Shown here: positions 38,867-49,335 of the stretch, piece by piece
Numbering within the stretch: position 1 is the first letter of the stretch
How the letters are laid out: each line of letters starts with the position of its first letter
Assembly: GCA_963725665.1 (NCBI GenBank)
Contig: CAVRZA010000006.1
Span: 448,001-512,000 of the forward strand
Source: an uncultured Actinomycetes bacterium
Lineage (GTDB): Bacteria; Actinomycetota; Thermoleophilia; UBA2241
Reading direction: 5' to 3'
DNA: 64,000 nucleotides
Translations under genes and position numbers: made by a program
The notes under the pieces: generated by a model
The model's input: only the letters and a program-made list of their open reading frames with translations
Told to the model about the DNA's origin: nothing
The model's database searches: none

Positions 38867-39979
38867 CTACGAGCCGGCGCGGCCGCCGACGTAGCGGCGT
38901 ACCACGCGGGAGCTCACGTCGCAGGCGATCTCGTAGTTGATCGTCCCCAGAAGGTGGGCCACGTCCTCGGCGAGGATGCGTTCCTTGCCCGACTCCCCGA
39001 TGAACGTCACCGCGTCGCCAGGATGCCCGACCCCGTCGGGCAGCTCTATCGTCAGCTGGTCCATGCTGATCGTGCCCCTGATGCGACAGCGCCGGCCGGC
39101 GACGAGCACCCAGCCCCGGTTTGAGAGGGCGCGCGCGATGCCGTCGGCGTAACCGATGGGGACGATGCCCACGCGCGTGTGGTCCTCGGCGATGAAGGTG
39201 CGGCCGTAGCCGACCGAGTCCCCGGGAGCGATCTCGCGCACGCCGGCAAGGTAGGAGCTCAGACGCATGGCGGGGCGCAGTTCGTCGGTGACCGGGTCCT
39301 CGTTCCAGGGCGAGAGACCGTAGACGGCGATGCCGCAGCGCACCAGGTCGCACCGTGCGCGCGGGTCGCGCAGCGTCGCGGCGCTGTTGGCGGCGTGAGC
39401 GACCAGCGCGGGGTACGCGGCCTTCATGTGCCCGGCCAGCGTCAGGAAGCGATCGAGCTGATAGACGAAGAAGCCGCCCTCGAGCTCATCGGCGGTGGCG
39501 AAGTGGGTCATGAGGCCGATCAGCGCGCCTCCCACGCTCGTGATCTCCTCCGCCAGCGCCTCGCACTCCTCCTCGTGGACTCCCAGGCGCCCCATGCCCG
39601 AGTTGAACTTGACGTGCGTGCGCGCGCCGAGGCGCAAGGCCTCGACGACGAAGCGCCGCGACCAGACGACCACGTCGGCCCGCGCCCGCACCACTCGGGC
39701 AAGCTCGGCGCCCGTGAGCGGTCCGAAGACGATAACGGGGGCCGTGAAGCCGGCCGCGCGCAGCTCCTCGACCTCGGTCGCCGTCGCGACACCGAGGATC
39801 GACGCGCCGGCCGACAGCGCCGCTTCTGCCACGGGCACGGCGCCGTGCCCGTAGCCGTTGGCCTTGACCACGGCGCAGAAGGCGGCGCCGCGGGGCAGAA
39901 GAGAGGCGAGACGGTTGACGTTGTGTCGGATGGCCCCGAGGTCGATGGTCGCGAGGGCCCGTTCCCTGCCCGCGAGCAC
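38867..39979 (-). CDS. alr: Alanine racemase
   Basis: AVVKANGYGHG, SGMGRLG, THFATAD, ANSAA, GYADG, SMDQ, TINYE. Confidence 0.96.
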   Translation of the reverse strand: MLAGRERALATIDLGAIRHNVNRLASLLPRGAAFCAVVKANGYGHGAVPVAEAALSAGASILGVATATEVEELRAAGFTAPVIVFGPLTGAELARVVRARADVVVWSRRFVVEALRLGARTHVKFNSGMGRLGVHEEECEALAEEITSVGGALIGLMTHFATADELEGGFFVYQLDRFLTLAGHMKAAYPALVAHAANSAATLRDPRARCDLVRCGIAVYGLSPWNEDPVTDELRPAMRLSSYLAGVREIAPGDSVGYGRTFIAEDHTRVGIVPIGYADGIARALSNRGWVLVAGRRCRIRGTISMDQLTIELPDGVGHPGDAVTFIGESGKERILAEDVAHLLGTINYEIACDVSSRVVRRYVGGRAGS

Positions 39980-39988
39980 GCCGTCCTC

Positions 39989-40525
39989 CTAGAGCCCCAG
40001 GCTGTGGACGATGTCGGTGCGCGTGACCAGACCGACGAGCTTGCCGTCTTCGTCGACCACGGGGACGCGGTTGATCTTGTGGTCGCGCATCAGCGTCGCG
40101 GCCTTGCGCACGCCGTCGTCGGGATGCACCGTGTGGACCTTCGTCGTCATGACATCGCCCACCGTCGCCCCGACCGCCTTGCGCAGCCGCTCCTCGTACT
40201 TGTGGAAGCTGCCCAGGTAGACGATCGCGCCGAAGATGTCGATCTGCGCCGGCGCGTGGATGTCGGCCTCCTCCGCGATGAGGTCACCGTCGGTGACGAT
40301 GCCCACGAGCCGGCCGTCGCCATCGACCACCGGCGCCCCACCGATGTGCCGGCTGTGCATCAGTTCGGCGAGCTCCTGCACGCCGGTCTCGGGATGCACG
40401 CTGATCACATCGCGCTCCATGATGTCGGCCACGGCCGTCTCAGTCTTCGGCTCGCCGGCCGCCTCCTCGGTAGCCCCGCCGGCCGCCTCCGCGGCCGCGT
40501 CGAGGTCACGTCCCTCAGTGTCCAT
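39989..40525 (-). CDS. CBS-domain protein
   Basis: Two CBS repeats (VADIM...PVVD...LVGIVT; VGDVM...PVVD...LVGLVTRTD). Confidence 0.9.
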   Translation of the reverse strand: MDTEGRDLDAAAEAAGGATEEAAGEPKTETAVADIMERDVISVHPETGVQELAELMHSRHIGGAPVVDGDGRLVGIVTDGDLIAEEADIHAPAQIDIFGAIVYLGSFHKYEERLRKAVGATVGDVMTTKVHTVHPDDGVRKAATLMRDHKINRVPVVDEDGKLVGLVTRTDIVHSLGL

Positions 40526-42098
40526 GCATGTCCCCGCTTTCGTCCTCGTGCTCCCACGTCTGGTCATCATCCTCTTCTTCGAGACCGGCGGAGCGCACCG
40601 CCTCGACGGCGAGGGGAAGGGTGTCGAGCAAGTCGCCGGCGACCATGCCGTCGGTGCCGACCTCGCTCGCCGCGATGTCGGCGGCGAGGCCGTGCAGGTA
40701 GCCGCCGAGGCAGGCCGCGTCGGCGGGCGGCAGACCCTTGGCGAGCTGACCGGCGATGACGCCGGTCAGCACATCGCCCGTTCCCGGCGTCGCCAGACCT
40801 GGGTTGCCGGTGGGGATGACGTACGCCTTGCCGCCCGGCTCGGCGACGATGCTGTGCGAGCCCTTCAGCAGGACGACGGCGTTGCTGCGCGCGGCGGCCT
40901 CGCGCGCATGCGCGAGCCGCCGCGCGGCGACCTCCTGGGCCGACGTGCCCAGCAGGCGCGCCAGCTCGCCCTCGTGCGGCGTGAGCACCGTCGGTGCCGA
41001 ACGCCCGTGCAGCAGGTTCAGCTCGCCGGAGAGCGCCCACAGGCCGTCGGCGTCGATCAGCAGCGGCGCCGGCTCCTTGATGAGCTCGCGCACGAGGGCG
41101 ACGGTCTCGTCGGCCCGGCCCATGCCGGGCCCTAAGGCCGTCGCCTGCATCTCCCGCATCTCGGCCTTGAGGGCGGCGGCGCTGGCCGCGCCCAGACGAC
41201 CCTTGCCGGGCGCCGGCCGGTTGATGACCTCGATGAAGGGCTTCTCGCCGGCCAGGTCGGCGGGCAGCGCGCAGTGCACCAGGCCGGCGCCCGAGCGCAG
41301 GGCGCCCATGGCGGCCAGCGCCGCCGCCCCCGTCATGCCCGCGCTGCCGCCGATCACCAGGACGCGCCCCACGGAGCGCTTGTGGTCGCTCGGCCCCTTG
41401 GGCCGCAGCAGCGGTTCGAGTCCCTCGAGCGTGAGGACCCAGACATCGGTCTCCTCGTCGCAGGTCGGCGGGATGCCTATCGGCACCACGACGACGTGAC
41501 CGGCGCAGTCTGCGCCTGGCGTGACGAAGTGGCCTATCTTCGGCGCGTGCAAAGCGACGGTGACGTCGGCCAACACGGCCGGCCCGGCGACCTCGCCCGA
41601 GCTGGCATCGACGCCCGAGGGGATGTCGATGGCGACCACGTCGGCGATGGAGTCGTTGATGACCTCGATGGCCTCGGCCGCCGCTCCCTCGGCGGCGCCC
41701 GAGAACCCGGTGCCGAAAACGGCGTCGACGACCACGTCGGCCCCGTCGGGCACCTCCACGCCGTCGACGATCTCGAGCCCCAGGCGCTCGGCGATGTCGA
41801 GATTCAGCTTGGCGTCGCCCTTGTAGCCCTTGCGCCCTCCGACCGCATACACGCTAACGTCGACGCCGGCGCCGACGAGCTCGCGCGCGACGACGAAGCC
41901 GTCGCCGCCGTTGTTGCCCTTGCCGGCGTAGATCACGGCTCGTTCGGGCGCGAAGCGGCGCACGACCTCGCGCGCGACCGCCGCGCCGGCGCGTTCCATG
42001 AGGTGCCCGCCGGGTATCCCCAAACTCTCGATCGCCGCCGTGTCGACGGCACGCATCTGCTCGGCGGTGTAGAGCCCCACAAGCAGAGACTGGAGCAT
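40515..42098 (-). CDS. nnr: Bifunctional NAD(P)HX epimerase/dehydratase
   Basis: LMERAG, GKGNNGGDG, DAVFGTG, DIPSG, GPGMG, IDADGL, TPHEGE, GTGDVL. Confidence 0.95.
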   Translation of the reverse strand: MLQSLLVGLYTAEQMRAVDTAAIESLGIPGGHLMERAGAAVAREVVRRFAPERAVIYAGKGNNGGDGFVVARELVGAGVDVSVYAVGGRKGYKGDAKLNLDIAERLGLEIVDGVEVPDGADVVVDAVFGTGFSGAAEGAAAEAIEVINDSIADVVAIDIPSGVDASSGEVAGPAVLADVTVALHAPKIGHFVTPGADCAGHVVVVPIGIPPTCDEETDVWVLTLEGLEPLLRPKGPSDHKRSVGRVLVIGGSAGMTGAAALAAMGALRSGAGLVHCALPADLAGEKPFIEVINRPAPGKGRLGAASAAALKAEMREMQATALGPGMGRADETVALVRELIKEPAPLLIDADGLWALSGELNLLHGRSAPTVLTPHEGELARLLGTSAQEVAARRLAHAREAAARSNAVVLLKGSHSIVAEPGGKAYVIPTGNPGLATPGTGDVLTGVIAGQLAKGLPPADAACLGGYLHGLAADIAASEVGTDGMVAGDLLDTLPLAVEAVRSAGLEEEDDDQTWEHEDESGDMHGH

Positions 42099-42099
42099 G

Positions 42100-42489
42100 T
42101 CAGCTGTCCTCCTTGATGGCGGCCGCCACGGCGTACGCCTGCTCGTCGGTGTGGCTGAGCGAGAGCTCGACGCGCGTGACGCCGAGCTCGCCGGCGATGC
42201 GCGCGACACGTCCGTGCAGCGCGACCCTGGGCTTGCCGCCCGAGAGCACCTCGATCTCGCGCCAGCCGAAGCCGATGATACCGATGCCCAACGCCTTTCC
42301 GACAGCTTCTTTGGCCGCGAAGCGGGCGGCGAAGCGCGGGTACGGGTTCACGAAGCGGGCGCAGTACTCGCGCTCCTGCGCGGTGAAGAGGCGCTCGCGG
42401 GCGGCCGGCAGGCGCTCGAGGAAGCGCCGCATGCGGACGACCTCGAGCGCATCGATGCCCACGCCCTCGATACCGACCGCGCTAGCCAT
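42100..42489 (-). CDS. acpS: Holo-ACP synthase
   Basis: GVGID, RLFT..E, ARFAAKEA..KALG, LSLSH. Confidence 0.93.
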   Translation of the reverse strand: MASAVGIEGVGIDALEVVRMRRFLERLPAARERLFTAQEREYCARFVNPYPRFAARFAAKEAVGKALGIGIIGFGWREIEVLSGGKPRVALHGRVARIAGELGVTRVELSLSHTDEQAYAVAAAIKEDS

Positions 42490-42560
42490 CGCGCGCCGTT
42501 CCCGCGATGTCGGCCCCGCTAGCCATCCCGTTCCACGTTACCCCTCGCACCCCGCGTCTC

Positions 42561-44402
<1,842 letters not shown>

Positions 44403-44442
44403 GCTTCCTCGCTTTCGTGCAGGGCGCGCGTATCAGGGGCAC

Positions 44443-44630
44443 GTTCGAGCCGCTTTGTTCCCGGCGTCACCGCCGGGGTTTGTCGACTCGATGACGACCG
44501 TGCCGGGCCGGGAGGCACCCGCCGAAGACTTCGATGAACCTCCCCCTCGTCACCCGCCTGCCGGTTGCGGCTCGCTCGAGGATGGACTGCCACCCCCGGC
44601 GGCTGCGGACCGGAGCGGGTCTGGCGCTTG
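44443..44630 (-). ncRNA. glmS ribozyme (GlcN6P-activated)
   Basis: The minus strand reads AAGCGCCAGAC...UGACGAGGGGGAGGUUCAUCGAAGUCUUCGGCGGGUGCCUCCCGG...ACAAACCCCGGCGGUGACGCCGGGAACAAA, directly upstream of glmS. Confidence 0.92.
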
Positions 44631-44735
44631 CTAGCGTTCGACCCGATCGCGCGCGTTTGGATCTAGCTCCGGACTCCCCCCTGGCACTCGCCTCCTCCCG
44701 GCCCGTTCGTCATCGACACCGTGACGGCGCTGATT

Positions 44736-46073
44736 CTACCCGAGGTCGTTGGCGATCACGCCGGCCAGGCGCTTGCAGACGGCGTCACACTCGTCCATCG
44801 TCGGCGCCTCGACCATGATGCGCACGAGCGGTTCGGTACCCGAGGGACGCACCAGGATGCGACCGCCGTCGCCGAGGCGGTCGCTCTCGCGAGCGACCGC
44901 CTCCCAGACGGCGGTCGCCTCCTCCAGCCGGCTCCTGTCGCGCACTGGCACGTTGAGAAGCTTCTGCGGCAGGCGCTGCATGATCTTCGCCGCCTCGTGC
45001 AGAGGCGCGCCCATCTCGCTCAGCGCCTGCAGCAGCAGGAGGCTCGTGGCGAGGCCGTCGCCGGTCGTCGAGACCTCACGGTTGATGACGTGCCCCGACT
45101 GTTCGCCGCCCAGGACGTAGTCGCCGCGCAGCATCTCGGCGATGACGTAGCGGTCGCCGACGGCCGTCGTGACGACGTCGATACCCTCGCGCTCCATCGC
45201 GCGCCGGAACCCCAGGTTGGTCATCACCGTCGTCACCACGGTGTCGCGCCGCAGCCGTCCGCTGTTCTTGAGATGGGTCGCGAGGATGGCGATGATGAAG
45301 TCGCCGTCGACGAGCTCGCCGGTCGAATCGACCGCGAGCATGCGGTCGCCGTCGCCGTCGTAGGCCAGCCCCAGATCGAGACCGCCGCGGCGCACCGCCT
45401 CCTGCAGCCCCTGGATGTGCGTCGACCCGCAGCCGGCGTTGATGTTGCGTCCGTCGGGGTCGGCGCAGAGCACGACTACGTCGGCGCCGGACTCCGAAAG
45501 GCCCAGCGGCGCGGCGCGGTACATGGCGCCGTTGGCGCAGTCGACGGCGATGCGCAGACCGGAGAGGTCCAGCGGGATGCGGCGCACGACGTCCCAGACG
45601 TAGCTCTCGAGGGCGCCCTCGATCGTCTCCGCGCTGCCGATGCCAGTGCCGGAGCGCACGGAGAGGTGCCCGCTCGCCACGCGCGTCTCTATCTCCGCCT
45701 CCTCCTCGTCGGAGAGCTTGAGACCCTCGTCGCTGAAGAACTTGATGCCGTTGTCGTCGAAGGGGTTGTGCGAGGCCGAGATGACGACGCCGGCGTCGGC
45801 GCCGCGCTTGAGGACAAGCGCGGCGAGCCCCGGCGTCGGCATGATCCCGGCCATCTCGGCGCGCCCGCCGGCGCTGGTTATGCCGGCGACGAGGGCGGCT
45901 TCGAGCATCGGCCCCGAGAGACGCGTGTCGCGCCCCACCAGGAAGAGCGGGTGTTCGCCGTGGCGCTCGGCCAGGACGACGGCCGCCGCCCTCCCCACCT
46001 GCATGGCGAGCTCCGGGCTCAGACGATCGCCCGCGACTCCCCGGATGCCATCGGTCCCGAAAAGGGTCGTCAT
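44736..46073 (-). CDS. glmM: Phosphoglucosamine mutase
   Basis: FGTDGIRG, GRDTRLSG, ISASHNP, DGDGDR, GGEQSGH, RPSGTEP. Confidence 0.97.
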   Translation of the reverse strand: MTTLFGTDGIRGVAGDRLSPELAMQVGRAAAVVLAERHGEHPLFLVGRDTRLSGPMLEAALVAGITSAGGRAEMAGIMPTPGLAALVLKRGADAGVVISASHNPFDDNGIKFFSDEGLKLSDEEEAEIETRVASGHLSVRSGTGIGSAETIEGALESYVWDVVRRIPLDLSGLRIAVDCANGAMYRAAPLGLSESGADVVVLCADPDGRNINAGCGSTHIQGLQEAVRRGGLDLGLAYDGDGDRMLAVDSTGELVDGDFIIAILATHLKNSGRLRRDTVVTTVMTNLGFRRAMEREGIDVVTTAVGDRYVIAEMLRGDYVLGGEQSGHVINREVSTTGDGLATSLLLLQALSEMGAPLHEAAKIMQRLPQKLLNVPVRDRSRLEEATAVWEAVARESDRLGDGGRILVRPSGTEPLVRIMVEAPTMDECDAVCKRLAGVIANDLG

Positions 46074-46206
46074 TGCTTTCGCAACCTGCCTCGCTCGGCC
46101 GTTCCCGCGCGCCGACCGCGTCGCTTGCGTCGCGCGGCGGATGACTATGCTACGCGGCTCGCCGGGAGCAGGCAAACCCGCCTGCCGAACGCCCCCGAGA
46201 CCGCCG

Positions 46207-47277
46207 TCAGCCGGTAGCCTGGCCCGGCGCCAAGGCCCTCGCCAGGCTCCGGGCGAAGACCGCCGTCCACTTGTCGCGCCCGGGTCCCCGCAGGTGAAAG
46301 AAGTCGGCGAAGTCGTCGGCCTGCAGACGCGCCTGGGGCTGGACGTCGATGTATGCGACGCCTTCGCGGCTTGCCAGCTCGCGGATGCTCGCCCGGTAGC
46401 GCGCCAGGAACGCCTGCCAGGCGGACCCGCTGGCCTCGGGCGCCAGCGGCTGCTCGAAGAGCGCGACGGTGAATCCCCGTTCGCGACCGAGACGGACGAT
46501 CTCCGCCAGGACGGCGAGGTTGTAGGTCGCGTACCGGGCGTAGAGCTGTCTCTCGCGCGCGAGCTCCTCCCGGCTACCGGCGATCCTGGCGCCCATGTCG
46601 GCGATCTGGTCGTCCGCGTAGTAGTGGTCGGCGCGGGCGACGCTGGTCAGCCAGGGTGAGCTCAGCGAAGCGCGTGAACGGACATAGCTGACGGCGAAGT
46701 CGAGGATGCCGGGCAGGAGCCCGGGGAGACGCCGGCTCACCTCGACACGGCCGGCGAGTACCCCGGCCAGATGTGGGCTCGTCAGCGCCAGCGGTCTGCC
46801 CTCGAGCTGGCGGGCGTCGGTCTGCGGGGACGCCGTCAGGCGGTTCGGTGAGACGCCGACCGCAAGAAGGCTGCGGCCTGCGGGGAGATTGTCGAGGATC
46901 GCCAGCGTCTGCCCCGGGCTCTGGTCGTGGGCGGCGAGATCGACCACCTCGACCGGAGTGCCGGCTGCCGCGGTGACCGCGTCGGAGAGCGCGCCTTCGC
47001 TGCGCATCAGCTCCATCGTGGCCGAGCCGCCGAACAGGTAGACGACCGGCAGTGAGGGCGGGTGCTTCTTCAAGTGGGCGACGCGGAACGAGACGTGCAC
47101 GTAGTCGTCGTTGGGGATGCGCAGCATGCGCGCCTCGGGGATGACGACGAAGGCCTGCCGCGCGACGAAAAGCTGGAGACCGGTGAGGATGCCCACGACC
47201 GCAAGCAGGGCCGCAGCAAGCGCCAGCGGCGTGTGGTCGCGAAATCCGTCTGCGAACTTGCGACGCCTGCTTCTCAT
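46207..47277 (-). CDS. Membrane-anchored SGNH/DltD-like hypothetical protein
   Basis: N-terminal TM, 'YLFGGSAT' (G-x-S block I) and C-terminal 'FADFFHL' (DxxH). Confidence 0.55.
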   Translation of the reverse strand: MRSRRRKFADGFRDHTPLALAAALLAVVGILTGLQLFVARQAFVVIPEARMLRIPNDDYVHVSFRVAHLKKHPPSLPVVYLFGGSATMELMRSEGALSDAVTAAAGTPVEVVDLAAHDQSPGQTLAILDNLPAGRSLLAVGVSPNRLTASPQTDARQLEGRPLALTSPHLAGVLAGRVEVSRRLPGLLPGILDFAVSYVRSRASLSSPWLTSVARADHYYADDQIADMGARIAGSREELARERQLYARYATYNLAVLAEIVRLGRERGFTVALFEQPLAPEASGSAWQAFLARYRASIRELASREGVAYIDVQPQARLQADDFADFFHLRGPGRDKWTAVFARSLARALAPGQATG

Positions 47278-47340
47278 GTCAGCGGACCATCAGTCTACCG
47301 ATGAGAGCTGCGAGCCACGGCACACCGCCGTGACCGACGG

Positions 47341-47733
47341 TCAGCGCTTGCTGAACTGCGGCCGCTTGCGCGCGCCCTTGAGGCCGGCCTTCTTGCGCTC
47401 GACCTCGCGCGGGTCGCGCGTGAGGAAGCCGGCCCGCTTGAGGGGCAGCCGCAGGTTCTCGTCGGCCTCCACGAGGGCGCGCGCGATGCCGTGCCGGATG
47501 GCGCCGGCCTGACCGGCCGGACCACCCCCGTACACGTTCACCTTGACGTCGAACTTGGCCTGCGTGCGGGTCGTCTCGAAGGGCATCACGGCGACGGTCT
47601 GCAGAACCTTGCGCCCGAAGTAGTCGTCGAGCTCCTTGCCGTTCACGAGCATCCGCCCGACACCGGGGGTGAGGATGACGCGCGCGACGCTCGTCTTGCG
47701 CTTGCCGGTCGCTGCATAGGTGACTGCTGCCAC
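47341..47733 (-). CDS. rpsI: 30S ribosomal protein S9
   Basis: [36 protein letters not shown]. Confidence 0.98.
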   Translation of the reverse strand: MAAVTYAATGKRKTSVARVILTPGVGRMLVNGKELDDYFGRKVLQTVAVMPFETTRTQAKFDVKVNVYGGGPAGQAGAIRHGIARALVEADENLRLPLKRAGFLTRDPREVERKKAGLKGARKRPQFSKR

Positions 47734-47734
47734 G

Positions 47735-48169
47735 TTACTCCTTGACCTCGAGGATCTCGGGATGCTGCGCCTCGTGCGGGTGCTCAGGCCCGGCGTAGAC
47801 CTTGAGCTTACGCAGCTGAGCCGCGCCAAGCTTGTTGTGGGGAAGCATACCCTTGACCGCCTTGCGCACGATCTCGGCGGGTCTGCGCGCCAACAGCCTC
47901 TCGTAGCTCTCGCCCTTGATGCCGCCCGGATACCCGGAATGGCGCCAGTAGATCTTCTGCTCGGCCTTCTTGCCGGTCACGACGATCTTCTCGGCGTTGA
48001 CGACGACGACGAAGTCGCCGGTGTCGATGTTGGGCGTGTAGATGGGCTTACGCTTGCCGCGCAAGGTGTCGGCGACCACGGTGGAGAGGCGGCCCAGCGT
48101 CTTGCCCGACGCGTCGACCACGTACCACTTCTTCTCGATCTCGTGTGGTTTTGCGACGTAGGTCTTCAT
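47735..48169 (-). CDS. rplM: 50S ribosomal protein L13
   Basis: [40 protein letters not shown]. Confidence 0.98.
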   Translation of the reverse strand: MKTYVAKPHEIEKKWYVVDASGKTLGRLSTVVADTLRGKRKPIYTPNIDTGDFVVVVNAEKIVVTGKKAEQKIYWRHSGYPGGIKGESYERLLARRPAEIVRKAVKGMLPHNKLGAAQLRKLKVYAGPEHPHEAQHPEILEVKE

Positions 48170-48320
48170 AAGCGAAAAAGCGCGCGCCGACGGCGGCACG
48201 CGAGCGGGTAGTCTACAGCGCGACGGGGGGCATTGCAAGGCGAGCCGTCGCCACGGGGGCACGTGGGGCCGGGTCTCCGGCCGGTCGCCGCAGCAAGAGG
48301 GCGAGAAGGCCCGAGCCGGC

Positions 48321-49142
48321 CTAGCTCGCTTCTCCCGGCTCTTCGAGACGCCGCAGCTCGACCATGTCGCCGGGTGAAAGCGAGAGCACGTCGCGAGCCG
48401 ACCCGGTGTTGACGGCCAGCGCCGCCTGGCCGTAGCTGTCGATGAGCAGCACGATGTCGCTGGGCCGCACTGACGCGAACGTGCGCGCTACCTGCGCCAG
48501 GTAGCGCTCGCCTGCGCACACGACCTCGATCCGCTCCCCCAGCTTGGCGCGCTGGAGCTCCTCCAGGTCGAGGTTCAGCGCGATATTGCCGAAGCGGTCG
48601 ATGAGCACGGCCTGCGCGCGCAACCCGTGGCGCGTGCGCTTGGGCGGCGGTAGCTCGAGTGTCACGAGCGAGGCAGGTTCGATCTCGCGGCCGGCCTCCT
48701 CGAAGGGCAGGCCGGCCGCGACGTGGGCGGCCACCGGTGCCAAGACGTCGCGACCGTGGAAGGTCGCCGAGAGCGGCGTCAGCCAAAGCTCCTCGTTGGT
48801 CAGCTCGCGCGCCTCGACCACCCCGCCGTCGGCCGCCGCCGCCAGCGTGAGCAGGCCGTTGTCGGGGCCGACGAACACCCGATCGCTCGCCGACCTCAGG
48901 GCGATGGCGCGGCGCTGCCAGCCGACCATCGGGTCGACCACCGCCAGGTGGACCGCCCCGTCGGGCATGTAGGGGAGCGTGTTGCGCAGCACGAAGGCGC
49001 CCCCCAACACGTCGTGACGCGCGATGCCGTGGCTGATGTCGATGACGTGCACGTCGGGCGCCAGGCGCTTGATGACGCCGCGGCACGTGCCGGCAAAGTC
49101 GTCGGCGTACCCGTAGTCGCTGAGGAAGCAGACCGCACGCAT
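48321..49142 (-). CDS. SAM hydroxide adenosyltransferase / chlorinase-fluorinase family (DUF62)
   Basis: [39 protein letters not shown]. Confidence 0.9.
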   Translation of the reverse strand: MRAVCFLSDYGYADDFAGTCRGVIKRLAPDVHVIDISHGIARHDVLGGAFVLRNTLPYMPDGAVHLAVVDPMVGWQRRAIALRSASDRVFVGPDNGLLTLAAAADGGVVEARELTNEELWLTPLSATFHGRDVLAPVAAHVAAGLPFEEAGREIEPASLVTLELPPPKRTRHGLRAQAVLIDRFGNIALNLDLEELQRAKLGERIEVVCAGERYLAQVARTFASVRPSDIVLLIDSYGQAALAVNTGSARDVLSLSPGDMVELRRLEEPGEAS

Positions 49143-49335
49143 GACGCCTGCCATCTTACTCCCCAAGGACGGCCCGGGAGCCGCGGCCGTAGACGTTTGT
49201 CTCAGAGGAAGACGAGCGTGGACGGGCAGCCTACTAGCGAGAGCACGCATGAGACAGGCGGGCGAGACAGGTAGTGAAACCATGAAAGACGAACCTTTGA
49301 GAACGCTAGGACGACCCGAGGAGACCAGAAAAGCC

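Noticed and set aside
48321-49142. True fluorinase or chlorinase
   Set aside because: TFHGRD is the DUF62 SAM-hydrolase signature, and there is no halometabolite cluster nearby.
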